Below the pieces are notes generated by a model. The model worked only from the letters and a program-made list of their open reading frames with translations. It did no database searches and was not told where the DNA came from. Shown here piece by piece: positions 7,634 through 17,727 of a stretch of DNA of 64,000 bases. The translations under genes were made by a program, and so were the position numbers. Positions within the stretch are counted from its first letter, which is position 1. Each line of letters starts with the position of its first letter. Source of the stretch: Vulcanimicrobiota bacterium (lineage in GTDB: Bacteria > Vulcanimicrobiota > Vulcanimicrobiia > Vulcanimicrobiales > Vulcanimicrobiaceae); the NCBI GenBank assembly GCA_963777315.1, contig CAVZQC010000002.1:576001-640000 (forward strand). Reading direction: 5' to 3'.

Positions 7634-9226
7634 ATGCTCGCTTGCCGTTTGCGCCCGCTGCTCGCCCTAGTCGTCCTGGTGCTCTCCGCCTGCGGGCGCG
7701 GCGGCGCGCACTGGCGGCCGGCGCGCCAGACGTTCGTTTTCACCGGGCTTGCGGGCGAGCCGGATTCGCTCAACCCGCTGCTCTCCGCGTCGGCGGATCT
7801 GTATGAGTTCAGCCACTTGTACATGTCGTATCTGGTCGAGAGCAACGATCGCGGCGAACTGATCCCGGAAATCGCAACGCAGGTGCCCACGCGCGAGAAC
7901 GGCGGCATCTCCGCGGACCAACGCACGATCGTCTATCACCTGCGCGCGAACGTACGCTGGCAGGATGGAGCGCCGCTCACGGCGCGAGACGTCGTCTTTT
8001 CGTATCATGCGGTAATGAACCCGGCAAACGACGTGGTCACGCGCGTCGGATACGATCGCGTCGCCGGCATCAGCGCTCCCGACGACCGCACGGTGATCGT
8101 GCGTCTGAAGGCACCGTTTTCGCCGTTCACCGCGTACTTTTTCGGACCGCAAGGCAGTCCCGGCGTGCTGCTCCCCGCGCACCTGCTCGCCCGCTACCCG
8201 AATCTCAACCGCGTTGCGTACAACGCGCTGCCGGTGGGATCGGGACCGTTTCGCGTGGTTTCCTGGCAGCACGGCGACCGCGTCGTGCTGCAAAGCAATC
8301 CGCTGTACTGGCGCGGAGCACCGGCGATACAAAAGATCGTCTACCGGATCATTCCAGATCCGAACACGCGCTTGGAACAGCTGCGTACCGGTGAGACGGA
8401 TGCGTATCTCGACGTCGACCCGCAGCTGCTGCCGCAGGTGCGATCGATCCCGCGCGTGCACGTCTATCTGACGCCGATTGCCGATATCCACGTGCTGCGC
8501 TTCAATTTGCGCGATCCTGCACTCCAGGACGTGCGCGTTCGGCGCGCGATAGCGCAGGCAATCGATCGCAAACAACTGCTCGCCGCCGCCACGCATGGCT
8601 CGGGTATTATCGTCAACGGCGATCAACCGACGTCCGGTTGGGCGTACAATCCCAAAACGCCCGCAATTCCATACGATCCGGCAGCTGCGCGCCGCCTTCT
8701 GCGAAAGGCGCATCCCGGGCCGGTCGAACTTACCCTGGTCATTTCGCCGGCAGGCAACAACGGCTCCACGCTGGTTGCCACCGTGCTGCAGCGCGATCTT
8801 CAACAGATCGGCGTCGCCGTCACGATCAAGACCTTTCCACCGGGTGCGTTTTGGGGCCCATCGACGGCCGGCGGCATTCTGTCGTCCGGAAAGTATCAGC
8901 TCGCATACGATGCGTGGTGGGTCCTGGGGCCGGACCCGGACGACACGTTCAACCTCGCATGCGATCAGCGGCCGCCGCAGGGCGTCAACTACGATTACTG
9001 GTGCGACCCCGCGGCCGACTCGGCGATGCACGATGCGCTGCGTACGATCGATCGATCGGTGCGCAAGCGCGACTACGCGATCGTGCAGAGGCGGCGCGCG
9101 AAAGAGTTGCCGGAGTTCACGCTCTGGCAAGTGCGGATGCCGGACGCCCTTGCCGACGGCATAACGGGCGTTGCGCCATCCGTCGCCGGGTCGATCTTCT
9201 GGAACGCCTGGAGTTGGAAGCTATGA
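7634..9226 (+). CDS. ABC peptide/nickel-type substrate-binding lipoprotein (family 5)
   Basis: Lipobox [46 protein letters not shown]. No permease or ATPase gene adjacent. Confidence 0.92.
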   Translation: MLACRLRPLLALVVLVLSACGRGGAHWRPARQTFVFTGLAGEPDSLNPLLSASADLYEFSHLYMSYLVESNDRGELIPEIATQVPTRENGGISADQRTIVYHLRANVRWQDGAPLTARDVVFSYHAVMNPANDVVTRVGYDRVAGISAPDDRTVIVRLKAPFSPFTAYFFGPQGSPGVLLPAHLLARYPNLNRVAYNALPVGSGPFRVVSWQHGDRVVLQSNPLYWRGAPAIQKIVYRIIPDPNTRLEQLRTGETDAYLDVDPQLLPQVRSIPRVHVYLTPIADIHVLRFNLRDPALQDVRVRRAIAQAIDRKQLLAAATHGSGIIVNGDQPTSGWAYNPKTPAIPYDPAAARRLLRKAHPGPVELTLVISPAGNNGSTLVATVLQRDLQQIGVAVTIKTFPPGAFWGPSTAGGILSSGKYQLAYDAWWVLGPDPDDTFNLACDQRPPQGVNYDYWCDPAADSAMHDALRTIDRSVRKRDYAIVQRRRAKELPEFTLWQVRMPDALADGITGVAPSVAGSIFWNAWSWKL

Positions 9227-9604
9227 TGACTTGACGGGAGTCGGGCGGCCGTCGCGGTCGACGGCGACCAGCACGAATTTTCCGACGGTCGAAAGCGTAC
9301 GTTTGCCGGTGACGGGCACTTCTCCCCAGAGTTCGACTTGAACGGCGATCGACGTGCGCCCGATTGCGACGACGCGCGCTATCGTTTCCGCGAAATCGCC
9401 TTCGCGGATGGGCGCCTTGAAGTCGACGCGATCGATCGAAGCCGTTACGACGGGCTTGTGCGCCGCGCGCATCGCGGCTATCGAAGCAACGACGTCCATC
9501 ATGGCGACGGCTTTGCCTCCGAAGAGCGTGCCGTAATGGTTGACGTCGGTAGGAAACACGATTTCGGTTCGCCGTTCGACGATCCGTTCGGGTTCTTGGC
9601 TCAT
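9221..9604 (-). CDS. Acyl-CoA thioesterase (hotdog fold)
   Basis: VFPTDVNHYGTLFGGK..MMD, VVTASID, GRTSI. Confidence 0.92.
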   Translation of the reverse strand: MSQEPERIVERRTEIVFPTDVNHYGTLFGGKAVAMMDVVASIAAMRAAHKPVVTASIDRVDFKAPIREGDFAETIARVVAIGRTSIAVQVELWGEVPVTGKRTLSTVGKFVLVAVDRDGRPTPVKSS

Positions 9605-9643
9605 CCCGGCGGTGATTCAACCGCGCAGCGCGAAGTTCCGCGC

Positions 9644-10414
9644 GTGGATTTAGGTATACGCAACCGAGTGGCGCTCGTAACCGGATCGAGTTCGGGGCTT
9701 GGCAAAGCGTGCGCGCTCGCGCTCGCCGCCGAGGGCGCGAATCTCGCCGTCGCCGCACGGCGCCGCGAAGAGCTGGAGCGTGTCGCCGAGCAAGCCCGGC
9801 AATGCGGCGCTCCGCGAGCGCAGGCATTTAGCGTCGATCTTTCCCGGAGCGAATCGATCGCCGAGCTGATCGACCGCGTGCGCGCAACGTTCGGAAGCAT
9901 CCACATCTGCATCGCCAACGGCGGCGGTCCGCCGGCCGGGACGTTCACCCAAATGCCGTTCGGCCGCTGGGACGATGCATACCGCAGTTTGCTGCGCTCG
10001 ATCGTGCAGCTCGTTCAAGGCGTGTTGCCCGGCATGCGGGACAAACGCTGGGGTCGCATCGTCGCGCTTACGTCGACGTCCGTGAAACAACCCATCGACA
10101 CGCTGGTGCTTTCCAACGCATTTCGGACTGCACTGGTCTCCGCGCTCAAAACGCTGTCGAACGAAGTCGCGCGCGACGGCATCACCGTCAACGCCATCGC
10201 CACCGGACGGATTGAAACCGATCGCCTGCGTTCGCTCTACGGCGACGATCGCGCCGAGCTCGAGCGCGCCGGCAGCGAGGTGCCACTCGGGCGCATCGCG
10301 CAGCCGGCCGAATTTGCCGGCCTCGTCGCGTTTCTGTGTGGTGAGCCGGCGCGGTACATCACCGGACAGACGATAGCGATCGACGGCGGTCTGGTCGCCG
10401 GATTGTTCGGGTGA
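9644..10414 (+). CDS. SDR family oxidoreductase
   Basis: VDLGIRNRVALVTGSSSGLG, ANGGGPP, DGITVN, YITGQTIAIDGG. Confidence 0.9.
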   Translation: MDLGIRNRVALVTGSSSGLGKACALALAAEGANLAVAARRREELERVAEQARQCGAPRAQAFSVDLSRSESIAELIDRVRATFGSIHICIANGGGPPAGTFTQMPFGRWDDAYRSLLRSIVQLVQGVLPGMRDKRWGRIVALTSTSVKQPIDTLVLSNAFRTALVSALKTLSNEVARDGITVNAIATGRIETDRLRSLYGDDRAELERAGSEVPLGRIAQPAEFAGLVAFLCGEPARYITGQTIAIDGGLVAGLFG

Positions 10415-10756
10415 TCGAAACCGATGCACCCGAAGGTTTCATGCGCGTTCGCGGCGCCGGTACGCTGCCTTTTCGCGGTGCGCGCAGTTTTCGCGTGGGC
10501 CGATACGAGGTTGCGGTGTTCGCCGTGAACGGCGAACTGCACGCGCTGGAAAACAGTCTGCCCGCACCAAGGTGGTCCGCTCGCCGACGGCTGGCTCGAA
10601 GGTTCGCTGATCACGTGCCCCTGGCACGGCTGGTGCTTCGACGTGCGCACCGGGCGCATGACGTTGGGCGACTTCGCGCGGGTCGCGCGTTTTATCGTGC
10701 TGCGCGACGGGCGCGATCTGCTCATCAGCACGGACCCCGTGGAGGAGTCGACATGA
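10411..10756 (+). pseudogene. Rieske [2Fe-2S] ferredoxin, frameshifted
   Basis: N-terminus VAVFAVNGELHALEN. After one extra base near 10553-10558 the +1 frame reads CPHQGGPL...ITCPWHGWCFDVRTG...STDPVEEST*. Confidence 0.85.
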
Positions 10757-11259
10757 ACGCCGGTACCTCGGCTTGGGACGGAACGCTCGGCAGCGCCGGC
10801 GGAGCGGCGTTCGGCGCGGCGCTGCAGACGCTGGCGCGCGAGCGTGAGATCGGCGATGCCGCCCTAGCGCAATCCTGTGGATTTTCCACGGCCGAGCTGG
10901 GCGAAGTTTACGCCGGAAAGCGGCGCCTGGGCGTGAGCGCTCTGGCGCGAATGGCGCAGACCTTGCGCGCGCGTCCGATCGAGTTCATGCAGCGCTGCGG
11001 AATGCTTTCGCTGGAAGTGTATGCGTTCGGTTTGGACCCGCTGTACTTTTTGCCCGATGGACCGATCCGGTACGAAGCCCGCATCTACATGCGCGAAATC
11101 AATCCGCGCCATCAGGTTCCCGAAGCGGACATGACCAAGCGCAACCCGGCCATCAAGGCGATCATGGACGACTCCCTGCTCGACGCGCTCGGCAAAATCG
11201 AGTTGGAACTGGCTTACTTGCTCCGCACCGCCGTCCAGCGAACGGGCGGAACGCTCTAG
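10753..11259 (+). CDS. XRE-like helix-turn-helix protein with unassigned C-terminal domain
   Basis: ATGA overlap and GGAGG RBS; FGAALQTLAREREIGDAALAQSCGFSTAELGEVYAGKR is XRE-like. Confidence 0.65.
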   Translation: MNAGTSAWDGTLGSAGGAAFGAALQTLAREREIGDAALAQSCGFSTAELGEVYAGKRRLGVSALARMAQTLRARPIEFMQRCGMLSLEVYAFGLDPLYFLPDGPIRYEARIYMREINPRHQVPEADMTKRNPAIKAIMDDSLLDALGKIELELAYLLRTAVQRTGGTL

Positions 11260-11320
11260 TTTCTGCCCCGCGGCAAGAGCCGCGAGGGAGGGACAGATTC
11301 ATGGGGAGAATGCGACGCGC

Positions 11321-11884
11321 ATGCAATCAGTCGAAGGAAAACGCATCGCCGCGCTCGTCGGCGACGGGTTCGAGGAATTAGAACTGACCGAGCCGCGCCG
11401 CGCGCTCGAGGACGCCGGCGCGATCGTCACGATCGTCGGAATCGACGAAAAGTCGCGCCAAAAGATTCGCGGCAAACGCGGGCTCGATGACGGCGCGAGC
11501 GCCCGCGCCGAAGAGCTGGTGGCCGACTGCACCGCCGAGGATTTCGATGCGCTGCTCGTTCCGGGCGGCACGTCGCCCGATCGCATCCGCACCAATAAAG
11601 AGGTCCAACGCCTCGTGCGCGAGTTCGATGCCGCGAAAAAGCCGATGTTCGTGATTTGCCACGGCCCGCAGGTGCTAATTTCCGCCCAGGTGGTTCGCGG
11701 ACGCCAGCTCACCGGCGCGCACGCGATCGCCGACGATATCCGCAACGCCGGAGGCTTGTATCGGGATCAGCCCGTCGTGCAGGACAGCAATTGGGTCAGT
11801 TCGCGCAATCCCGACGACTTGCCGCACTTCAATAGAGCGGTTCTGGAGAAACTGGCGGCGGCGGTGCCGGCGCCCACGGCGTAA
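11321..11884 (+). CDS. PfpI/DJ-1 family protein
   Basis: DGFEELEL, FDALLVPGG, ICHGPQ nucleophile, SSRNPDDLP. Confidence 0.93.
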   Translation: MQSVEGKRIAALVGDGFEELELTEPRRALEDAGAIVTIVGIDEKSRQKIRGKRGLDDGASARAEELVADCTAEDFDALLVPGGTSPDRIRTNKEVQRLVREFDAAKKPMFVICHGPQVLISAQVVRGRQLTGAHAIADDIRNAGGLYRDQPVVQDSNWVSSRNPDDLPHFNRAVLEKLAAAVPAPTA

Positions 11885-12467
11885 CCGGATCGTATCGCGC
11901 GAGAGCTTCCCCGTACTGGCGAAGCGCTACGAATCCGCACGCCGCGCACAGCAGCGGCGGCAGCGCGGGCCATTGCATCAAAGCAAACGCCGTCGCCGAG
12001 ACGGCGCATGCGAGAACCACGTAGACCAGTCGTGAAGCGCCGGTGCGCACCGTAGCGCTCATTGCGACCAGCGTTGCGGCATACGAAGCGTACGCGCACA
12101 GCGCAATCGCCGCTCCATCCGCCCGTGCGTAGAAAAGCGCCACGGCCCAGTAGGCGGCCTGCGCGGCGGTCGCGATGACGCATGGAACCAACGCCGTCGC
12201 GCGAGCCAGTTCGCGTCCGTACAGCGGGGCGCTCTGCTCGCACAGCTCGAGCTCGCGACAGCGGCCCGCGCCGCGCTGCAGAAGCGAAACGACGATGCCG
12301 GTAAGCGTCGAGAACACCAGGCAGCCTGCAGTGCGCGCAGCGGCGTCATCGTAGCGCTGAAGGTACGCCAGCAGCGCGCACGCGCAAGCGGCCAGCAACG
12401 TGATTCGGCTTTCGCTGCGCAGCCGCGCCGTAACGATGGCAACCGTAGCAGCTCCGCGCATCAGCAT
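11829..12467 (-). CDS. Hypothetical multi-pass membrane protein (putative ABC partner)
   Basis: About 6 hydrophobic segments; ELCEQSAPLYGRELARA loop; start overlaps the stop of the upstream ATPase-like gene. Start could also be 12461. Confidence 0.65.
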   Translation of the reverse strand: MLMRGAATVAIVTARLRSESRITLLAACACALLAYLQRYDDAAARTAGCLVFSTLTGIVVSLLQRGAGRCRELELCEQSAPLYGRELARATALVPCVIATAAQAAYWAVALFYARADGAAIALCAYASYAATLVAMSATVRTGASRLVYVVLACAVSATAFALMQWPALPPLLCAACGFVALRQYGEALARYDPVTPWAPAPPPPVSPEPLY

Positions 12468-13024
12468 CCGACCCGCGCGCGCCGGCTGAAACGCTGCGTT
12501 TCGCGCTCGGACACGTGCGTCGAAAATACGGCGCAGCCGTTCGCGCACTCGAGAATTTGTCCGGCGTAAGCCGCCTGAGGCCGATCGAGCACGAGCAGAC
12601 GCGGCTGCGCGAGCAGCGCGCCTACGAGCGGATAGGCGAAGGCTTCGTGAACGCCGTCGAGGCGCTCGAGCAACCGGCGCGCGCGCACAACGGTTTGCGC
12701 ACGCGGCAATCCCCACAGCGCGGCCCGGTATTCCACGTATTGCCCGAACGAAGAAAATTCGTGCGGCACGGCTTCGTGCGGAACGTACGCCGCAAGCCGC
12801 TTGACCTGCACCGGCTGTATGCGCGGATCGAAAGCGCCGATGAACACGCTGCCCGCGTTGGCTCGAACGATCCCGGCCGCCATCAGCGCAAGCACCGCGG
12901 CGCTGCGTTCGCTCGCGCAGGCGTAGGCGAGCGTTTCCGCTTCGTCGAGTGAAAGCGTGACCGGCGCGACGGTGAAGCACCCGCGTTCGACGAATGCCGC
13001 TGCGCGCAGTTCCAGCAGCGCCAT
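12461..13024 (-). CDS. Degenerate ABC-ATPase-like protein
   Basis: TAATG overlap. ABC scaffold (LLELR, MAAGIVRANAGSVFI, AYVPHE, QPRLLVLDRP, FSTH) with no Walker A GKS/T and no LSGGQ signature. Confidence 0.7.
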   Translation of the reverse strand: MALLELRAAAFVERGCFTVAPVTLSLDEAETLAYACASERSAAVLALMAAGIVRANAGSVFIGAFDPRIQPVQVKRLAAYVPHEAVPHEFSSFGQYVEYRAALWGLPRAQTVVRARRLLERLDGVHEAFAYPLVGALLAQPRLLVLDRPQAAYAGQILECANGCAVFSTHVSERETQRFSRRARVGC

Positions 13025-14106
13025 TAATAGTCCGGATCGACGAGCTGCAGCGCGGGGTTGGGACGTTCGGGCCGTCCGGCTTTGTGACACTCTCGCCACC
13101 GGCCGTCGACGTTGATCGCAACGATGTCGGCCGTAAAGTCGAACTCTCCCGACCGGTCGAAGAACGCGCTTCCGACGGCGTAGGCGTCGACCGGGACGCC
13201 GTCGCGCTCGAATTCGCGAATTTTCCCCGGATTGAAGCCGCCGCTCACTACGATTCGCACGTGCGCAAAGCCGTGGGCATCCAACGCCGTGCGCACGTTG
13301 AACACCAGCTGCGGAATGACGCCCGTCGGTTTGAACGTGCCCATCATGTTCCAGATCGAACGGTCCACCAGCGTACCCGACGTGTCCAAACGCACGCCCC
13401 ACAGCCGTTTGCCCAGCGCGCGCGCCACCGCCAAACTCGTTGCGACGCAATCGTTGTCGAAATCGACCAGCGCGATGACGTTGACTTCCGCATCGGTATA
13501 TTCGGCGAATTTTTGCGTCGCGAGCACGGTATCGCCGCCGTATGCCGCAATGAGCGCGTGCGGGACGGTTCCCATTCCGCGCGCTCCCCACCATTCCGCA
13601 TTCGCGTCGGTGGAGACGCCCAACGCTCCGGAGATGTAGGCTGCATACCCGTCGCCCGTCTGCAGCAAATGATGATCGAAGCGCGCCGGAAAGAACAGCA
13701 CTTGCTTTCCACCGGCTGCGTCGACGATGGCGCGCGCATTGGTGGCAATGCGGGTGCGGCGCGAAAGTACGCCCAGGTACGGCGTTTCCAAGTGGGCGAA
13801 CGCGGCATAATCGCCCTCTATCGTCAAAGCCGTTTCGTACGGTCGGATGCGGTCGCCGTCGAAGAGCGCGCGTACCGCCAGCGCGCTCCAGTTTCCCGAA
13901 CACAGCCGCAGAATGGCGAGCGCTTCGTCCATGCCGCACAGCACGGCATCGTTGCGCTGAAAGACCTGCATCCGCACGATCGGATGGCAGCCGTCGCTTT
14001 CCAAAATTTGGCGCGCACGGTTGAAGTAGGTGTCGGAGTAATATCCCTCCCGCATTTTTTCCACGGGCAGATTGAATATCTGCGGGCGAAGTCTGGACTT
14101 GGACAC
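13024..14106 (-). CDS. Nicotinate phosphoribosyltransferase-like (type II PRTase)
   Basis: YSDTYF, FFPARFDH, GTVPHALIA, GVRLDTSG, VVSGGF, AVGS, DFTADIV. Confidence 0.85.
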   Translation of the reverse strand: MSKSRLRPQIFNLPVEKMREGYYSDTYFNRARQILESDGCHPIVRMQVFQRNDAVLCGMDEALAILRLCSGNWSALAVRALFDGDRIRPYETALTIEGDYAAFAHLETPYLGVLSRRTRIATNARAIVDAAGGKQVLFFPARFDHHLLQTGDGYAAYISGALGVSTDANAEWWGARGMGTVPHALIAAYGGDTVLATQKFAEYTDAEVNVIALVDFDNDCVATSLAVARALGKRLWGVRLDTSGTLVDRSIWNMMGTFKPTGVIPQLVFNVRTALDAHGFAHVRIVVSGGFNPGKIREFERDGVPVDAYAVGSAFFDRSGEFDFTADIVAINVDGRWRECHKAGRPERPNPALQLVDPDY

Positions 14107-14198
14107 GCTGGGCTACTAATAGCACGCCCGCACGGGCGGCGCCTTGTCGTTGCCGGCCCGTTGAGGACCGTTTGCGCACGGCCGCGAAGCGTACCGGC

Positions 14199-15929
14199 AT
14201 GCCGTCCAACGCCCAGGTTGCTCAATGCCTCACGCAGATCCGTCAACTCATGGAATTCGCCGGCGAGCCGTTTTATAAATTCATGGCGTACGAACGCGCC
14301 GCGTCGGCGGTCGAAAACGCCCCGCCCGTTAGCGATTTGGCCGCAGCCGGCGAGTTGACGTCGCTGCCCGGAGTGGGGAAATCGATAGCCGCAACGATCG
14401 ACGAGATCGTACGAACGGGAACGTGCCTGCAAATCGAAGCGCTCACCGAGCGATATCCGCCCACCATCTTCGAATTGCTCGGCGTTTCGGGCATCGGCAT
14501 CAAGACCGCGGCGATGCTCTTCGAGCAGTTCGGCATCGGTTCGCTGGCCGATCTCGAGAAGGCTATCGACTCCGGCGCCCTCGATGCGGCGCCGCGCATG
14601 GGCGCAAAAACCATCGGGAACATTCGCCGCGGGATCCTGGCGTATCGCGGCCGGCAGCGCCGCACGCCGCTGGCGCGAGCGCTGGCATGCGCGCGGGAAG
14701 TGATGGCGCATCTGCAATCGGGCCCGCCGCTGCACCGCTTGACCTACGCGGGAAGCTTGCGGCGCGCCGAGGCCACCGTCGGCGATATCGATATCGTGTG
14801 CACGAGCGAGCATGCCGGCCGCGCGATCGAACATTTCGTTGCATGGGAACGCGCGCGCGCGGTTCTGGCCGAAGGGCCCACCAAGGCCAGCCTGTGGCTG
14901 GAGAACGGCCTGCAGATCGATCTCCGCGTGCTGCCCGACCATCTGTACGGCAATCTGCTGCAGCACTTTACGGGAAGCCGCGAACACAACATTCAGCTGC
15001 GCGAGTACGCGGTCCGCAAAGGGCTGCGAGTGAGCGAAAACGGCATCTTGAACGTGGAAACCGGCGACGTCGTCGCCTGCGATGAGGAAGCGGGGGTGTA
15101 TGCTGCGCTGGGTATGGATTACATTGCGCCGGAGCTGCGAAACGGCATGGGCGAGATCGACTTGGCCCTGCGCGGCGAATTGCCGCAGCTGCTCGACCTA
15201 GGCGACGTGCGCGGCGACTTTCACATGCACTGCACGTGGAGCGATGGAAACCATTCGCTCGAGGAAATGATTGCTGCAGCCGCGCAGCGCGGCTACGAAT
15301 ATCATTCGATCTCGGATCATTCGTGGGGACGAGGGCCCAAATACGGTCTCACGCCCGGAGAACTGCGCGAGCAACGCGAGCGCGTGCGCGCGATCGGCGA
15401 TCGCTTCGGCGTGCGCACGCTGTGCAGCAGCGAAGTCGACATTTTGCCCGACGGATCGATGGACTATCCGGACGAGTTGCTGGCGGAGCTGGACATTGCC
15501 GTGGGCAGCGTGCATTCGGCCTTCAACATCTCACGCGAGCAAATGACGCAGCGCCTCATCCGCGCCTGTGAGAATCCATACGTTTCGATCATCGGTCACC
15601 CGACGGGACGGATGCTCGAGGGATTTCCCGGATACGAGTTCGATTACGATGCGGTATTTGCCGCCGCGGCGCGCACCGGCACGGCGCTGGAGATCGACGG
15701 GCAGGCGCTGCGCTTGGATTTACCGTCCGCGCTAGCGCAGCGCGCCAAGACGTTCGGCGTTACCTTTACCGTCGACAGCGACGCGCACGATGCCGGCCAA
15801 TTGAGAAACGTCGAACTGGCCGTCAGCCAAGCACGGCGCGCCGGGCTGACGCCGCAGGACGTTCTCAACACGCGGGGCCTGCAGGAGGTGCTTGCGTTCG
15901 TGCGCCGCAAGCGTGTGCCGGCGGCATGA
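14199..15929 (+). CDS. polX: DNA polymerase X / PHP-domain 3'-5' exonuclease
   Basis: HhH LPGVGKS, GSLRR, GDIDIV, IDLR, HFTGSREHN; PHP motifs HMHCTWSDG, SDHS, GHPTGR, DSDAH. Confidence 0.95.
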   Translation: MPSNAQVAQCLTQIRQLMEFAGEPFYKFMAYERAASAVENAPPVSDLAAAGELTSLPGVGKSIAATIDEIVRTGTCLQIEALTERYPPTIFELLGVSGIGIKTAAMLFEQFGIGSLADLEKAIDSGALDAAPRMGAKTIGNIRRGILAYRGRQRRTPLARALACAREVMAHLQSGPPLHRLTYAGSLRRAEATVGDIDIVCTSEHAGRAIEHFVAWERARAVLAEGPTKASLWLENGLQIDLRVLPDHLYGNLLQHFTGSREHNIQLREYAVRKGLRVSENGILNVETGDVVACDEEAGVYAALGMDYIAPELRNGMGEIDLALRGELPQLLDLGDVRGDFHMHCTWSDGNHSLEEMIAAAAQRGYEYHSISDHSWGRGPKYGLTPGELREQRERVRAIGDRFGVRTLCSSEVDILPDGSMDYPDELLAELDIAVGSVHSAFNISREQMTQRLIRACENPYVSIIGHPTGRMLEGFPGYEFDYDAVFAAAARTGTALEIDGQALRLDLPSALAQRAKTFGVTFTVDSDAHDAGQLRNVELAVSQARRAGLTPQDVLNTRGLQEVLAFVRRKRVPAA

Positions 15930-16693
15930 AGACGGCCGTCGCCGGCGCGCGCATGAGCGGCGATGCAGGCGATGCCGTTCTTTTCGTGCACGGCGTCGGC
16001 TCGACTGCCGCGATTTGGGATTATCAACTCACCGCGTTGCGCGAGCGGTATCGCTGTTTTTCCGTCGAGCTGCGCGGCAACGGCGCTTCCCATCCCGACC
16101 CCGCATCCGACACCATTACGCGCGACGGATTCGTGGACGACGTGCTGACCGTCGCGGGCACGGCGGGAGCCGCGCGTTTTCATTTCGTCGGCTGCAGTTT
16201 AGGCGGCGTCGTGGGCTTTGAGCTGTGGAAGCGCGCGCCGGCGCGCGTGCGGTCGCTTACGTTTGCGGGAAGCTTCGCCTGGTACCCCGCGGCCTCTACG
16301 TACGTGCGCGACGTCATCGCCGCCGTCCGCGCGGCGGGAACCATGGAGCGCTTTGCGCACGAACGCATTGGCAAGTTGGGCATGCCGGCCGGCCCGCGAA
16401 CGGATGAAACCATCGCGCAGATGGCGTGCAAGTCCGTGGAGTCCTACATTGCAGCCACGCAAGCGACCTGGACCGGCGACTATCGCGGGATTCTGGCCGG
16501 CATCACCGTACCCGTGCTGGTCCTTTGCGGCGAGAACGACTCCGTCGCGCCGCCTGCATTCTCGCATGAGATCGCGCAGGGCGTTCCGGGCGCGCATTTC
16601 GCAACCGTGCCGGGCGCCGGCCACGTATGCAATGCCGACGCACCGCTGGCCTTTAACGATCTGCTGCGGGATTTTCTGAGGCGCGTCTCATGA
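15926..16693 (+). CDS. Alpha/beta hydrolase
   Basis: FVHGVG, GCSLGG nucleophile, GENDSVAP, GAGH. Confidence 0.9.
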   Translation: MKTAVAGARMSGDAGDAVLFVHGVGSTAAIWDYQLTALRERYRCFSVELRGNGASHPDPASDTITRDGFVDDVLTVAGTAGAARFHFVGCSLGGVVGFELWKRAPARVRSLTFAGSFAWYPAASTYVRDVIAAVRAAGTMERFAHERIGKLGMPAGPRTDETIAQMACKSVESYIAATQATWTGDYRGILAGITVPVLVLCGENDSVAPPAFSHEIAQGVPGAHFATVPGAGHVCNADAPLAFNDLLRDFLRRVS

Positions 16694-17554
16694 GCCGGTG
16701 ATGCGTTCGCGTCCGCAGTATACGTTGGCGCGGTTTTCGCGCACGAAGCCCACGAGCGTCATGCCGAATGCTTGCGCGAGTTCCACCGCCAGGCTGCTCG
16801 GCGCGGAAACGGCGCAGAACAGCGGGATGCCCGCCGTAACGCTCTTTTGCACGAGTTCGTAACTGGCCCGCCCGCTCACGAGCAGCGCACAGCCGCGCAG
16901 GGGAATGCGCGCGTTCATCAGCGCCCAGCCGGCGATCTTGTCGAGCGCGTTATGCCGGCCGACGTCCTCGCGCAGCGCCAGCAACCGCCCCGACCCATCG
17001 AAAAGTGCCGCTGCGTGCAAGCCGCCGGTCGAGGCGAATATGCGCTGCGCGTCGCGCATTTTCTGGGGCAGAGCGCAGATGAAGCCGAAGTCCACGCTCA
17101 GGTCGTCTTCGATGCGCGCGGCGCGCGTACTCAAAGATTCGATGCTGGCCTTTCCGCACACCCCGCACGCGCTGTTCATCGTGAAATGGCGTTCCAGGCG
17201 ATCGAGCTGCGGAAGCGCCGGCGCGCTGAGCACAACGTTGAGGATGTTGTAACGCTGAGCTGCATCGACGTGCGGATCGATGCAGTACGACATGCCAGCA
17301 ACGTCCTGCGCGCAGCTCACGATGCCTTCGGACAGCAAAAACCCGGCGGCCAGTTCGAAATCGTTACCGGGCGTGCGCATCGTGACCGCAACGTTTTGCC
17401 TTCGAGCTCCGGCGACCAGGCGTATCTCGAGCGGTTCTTCGGTCGCCAGATCGTCGGCGACCTCGCGCGCGGTTCCGGAATCGATGGCGACCACGCGAGC
17501 CGGCGTCGTCAAGCCCGCTCGCGTTTGTTCCAACCCGCTCACGATGTCGCTCAC
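16688..17554 (-). CDS. fdhD: Formate dehydrogenase accessory sulfurtransferase FdhD
   Basis: EEPLEIR, TMRTPGNDFELAAGFL, SACGVCGK, TGGLHAA, EDVGRHNALDK, SAPSSLAV; GTGA overlap start. Confidence 0.95.
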   Translation of the reverse strand: MSDIVSGLEQTRAGLTTPARVVAIDSGTAREVADDLATEEPLEIRLVAGARRQNVAVTMRTPGNDFELAAGFLLSEGIVSCAQDVAGMSYCIDPHVDAAQRYNILNVVLSAPALPQLDRLERHFTMNSACGVCGKASIESLSTRAARIEDDLSVDFGFICALPQKMRDAQRIFASTGGLHAAALFDGSGRLLALREDVGRHNALDKIAGWALMNARIPLRGCALLVSGRASYELVQKSVTAGIPLFCAVSAPSSLAVELAQAFGMTLVGFVRENRANVYCGRERITGS

Positions 17555-17727
17555 TGGACCCGTTCCAGCGTGCTCGCAGCCAGGGTCGCGAGCAAAACGC
17601 CGGCATAGAGCGGCGCGATCCACCAGCCTAAAGTATGGCGCAGCGTGAGAGCCAGCGCCGCCGCCAGCGCGATACCGGCCGGCGTGACCAGCGAATTTCC
17701 CGCCACAAAGGCATGAATGCGTTTCAC
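17551..17727 (-). CDS. Small 2-TM membrane protein (58 aa)
   Basis: GTGA overlaps at both ends; two hydrophobic helices. Confidence 0.6.
   Translation of the reverse strand: MKRIHAFVAGNSLVTPAGIALAAALALTLRHTLGWWIAPLYAGVLLATLAASTLERVQ

Noticed and set aside
10411..11259. 282-aa single ORF
   Set aside because: It is a chimera of the Rieske N-terminus, out-of-frame sequence and the HTH gene, caused by a frameshift.
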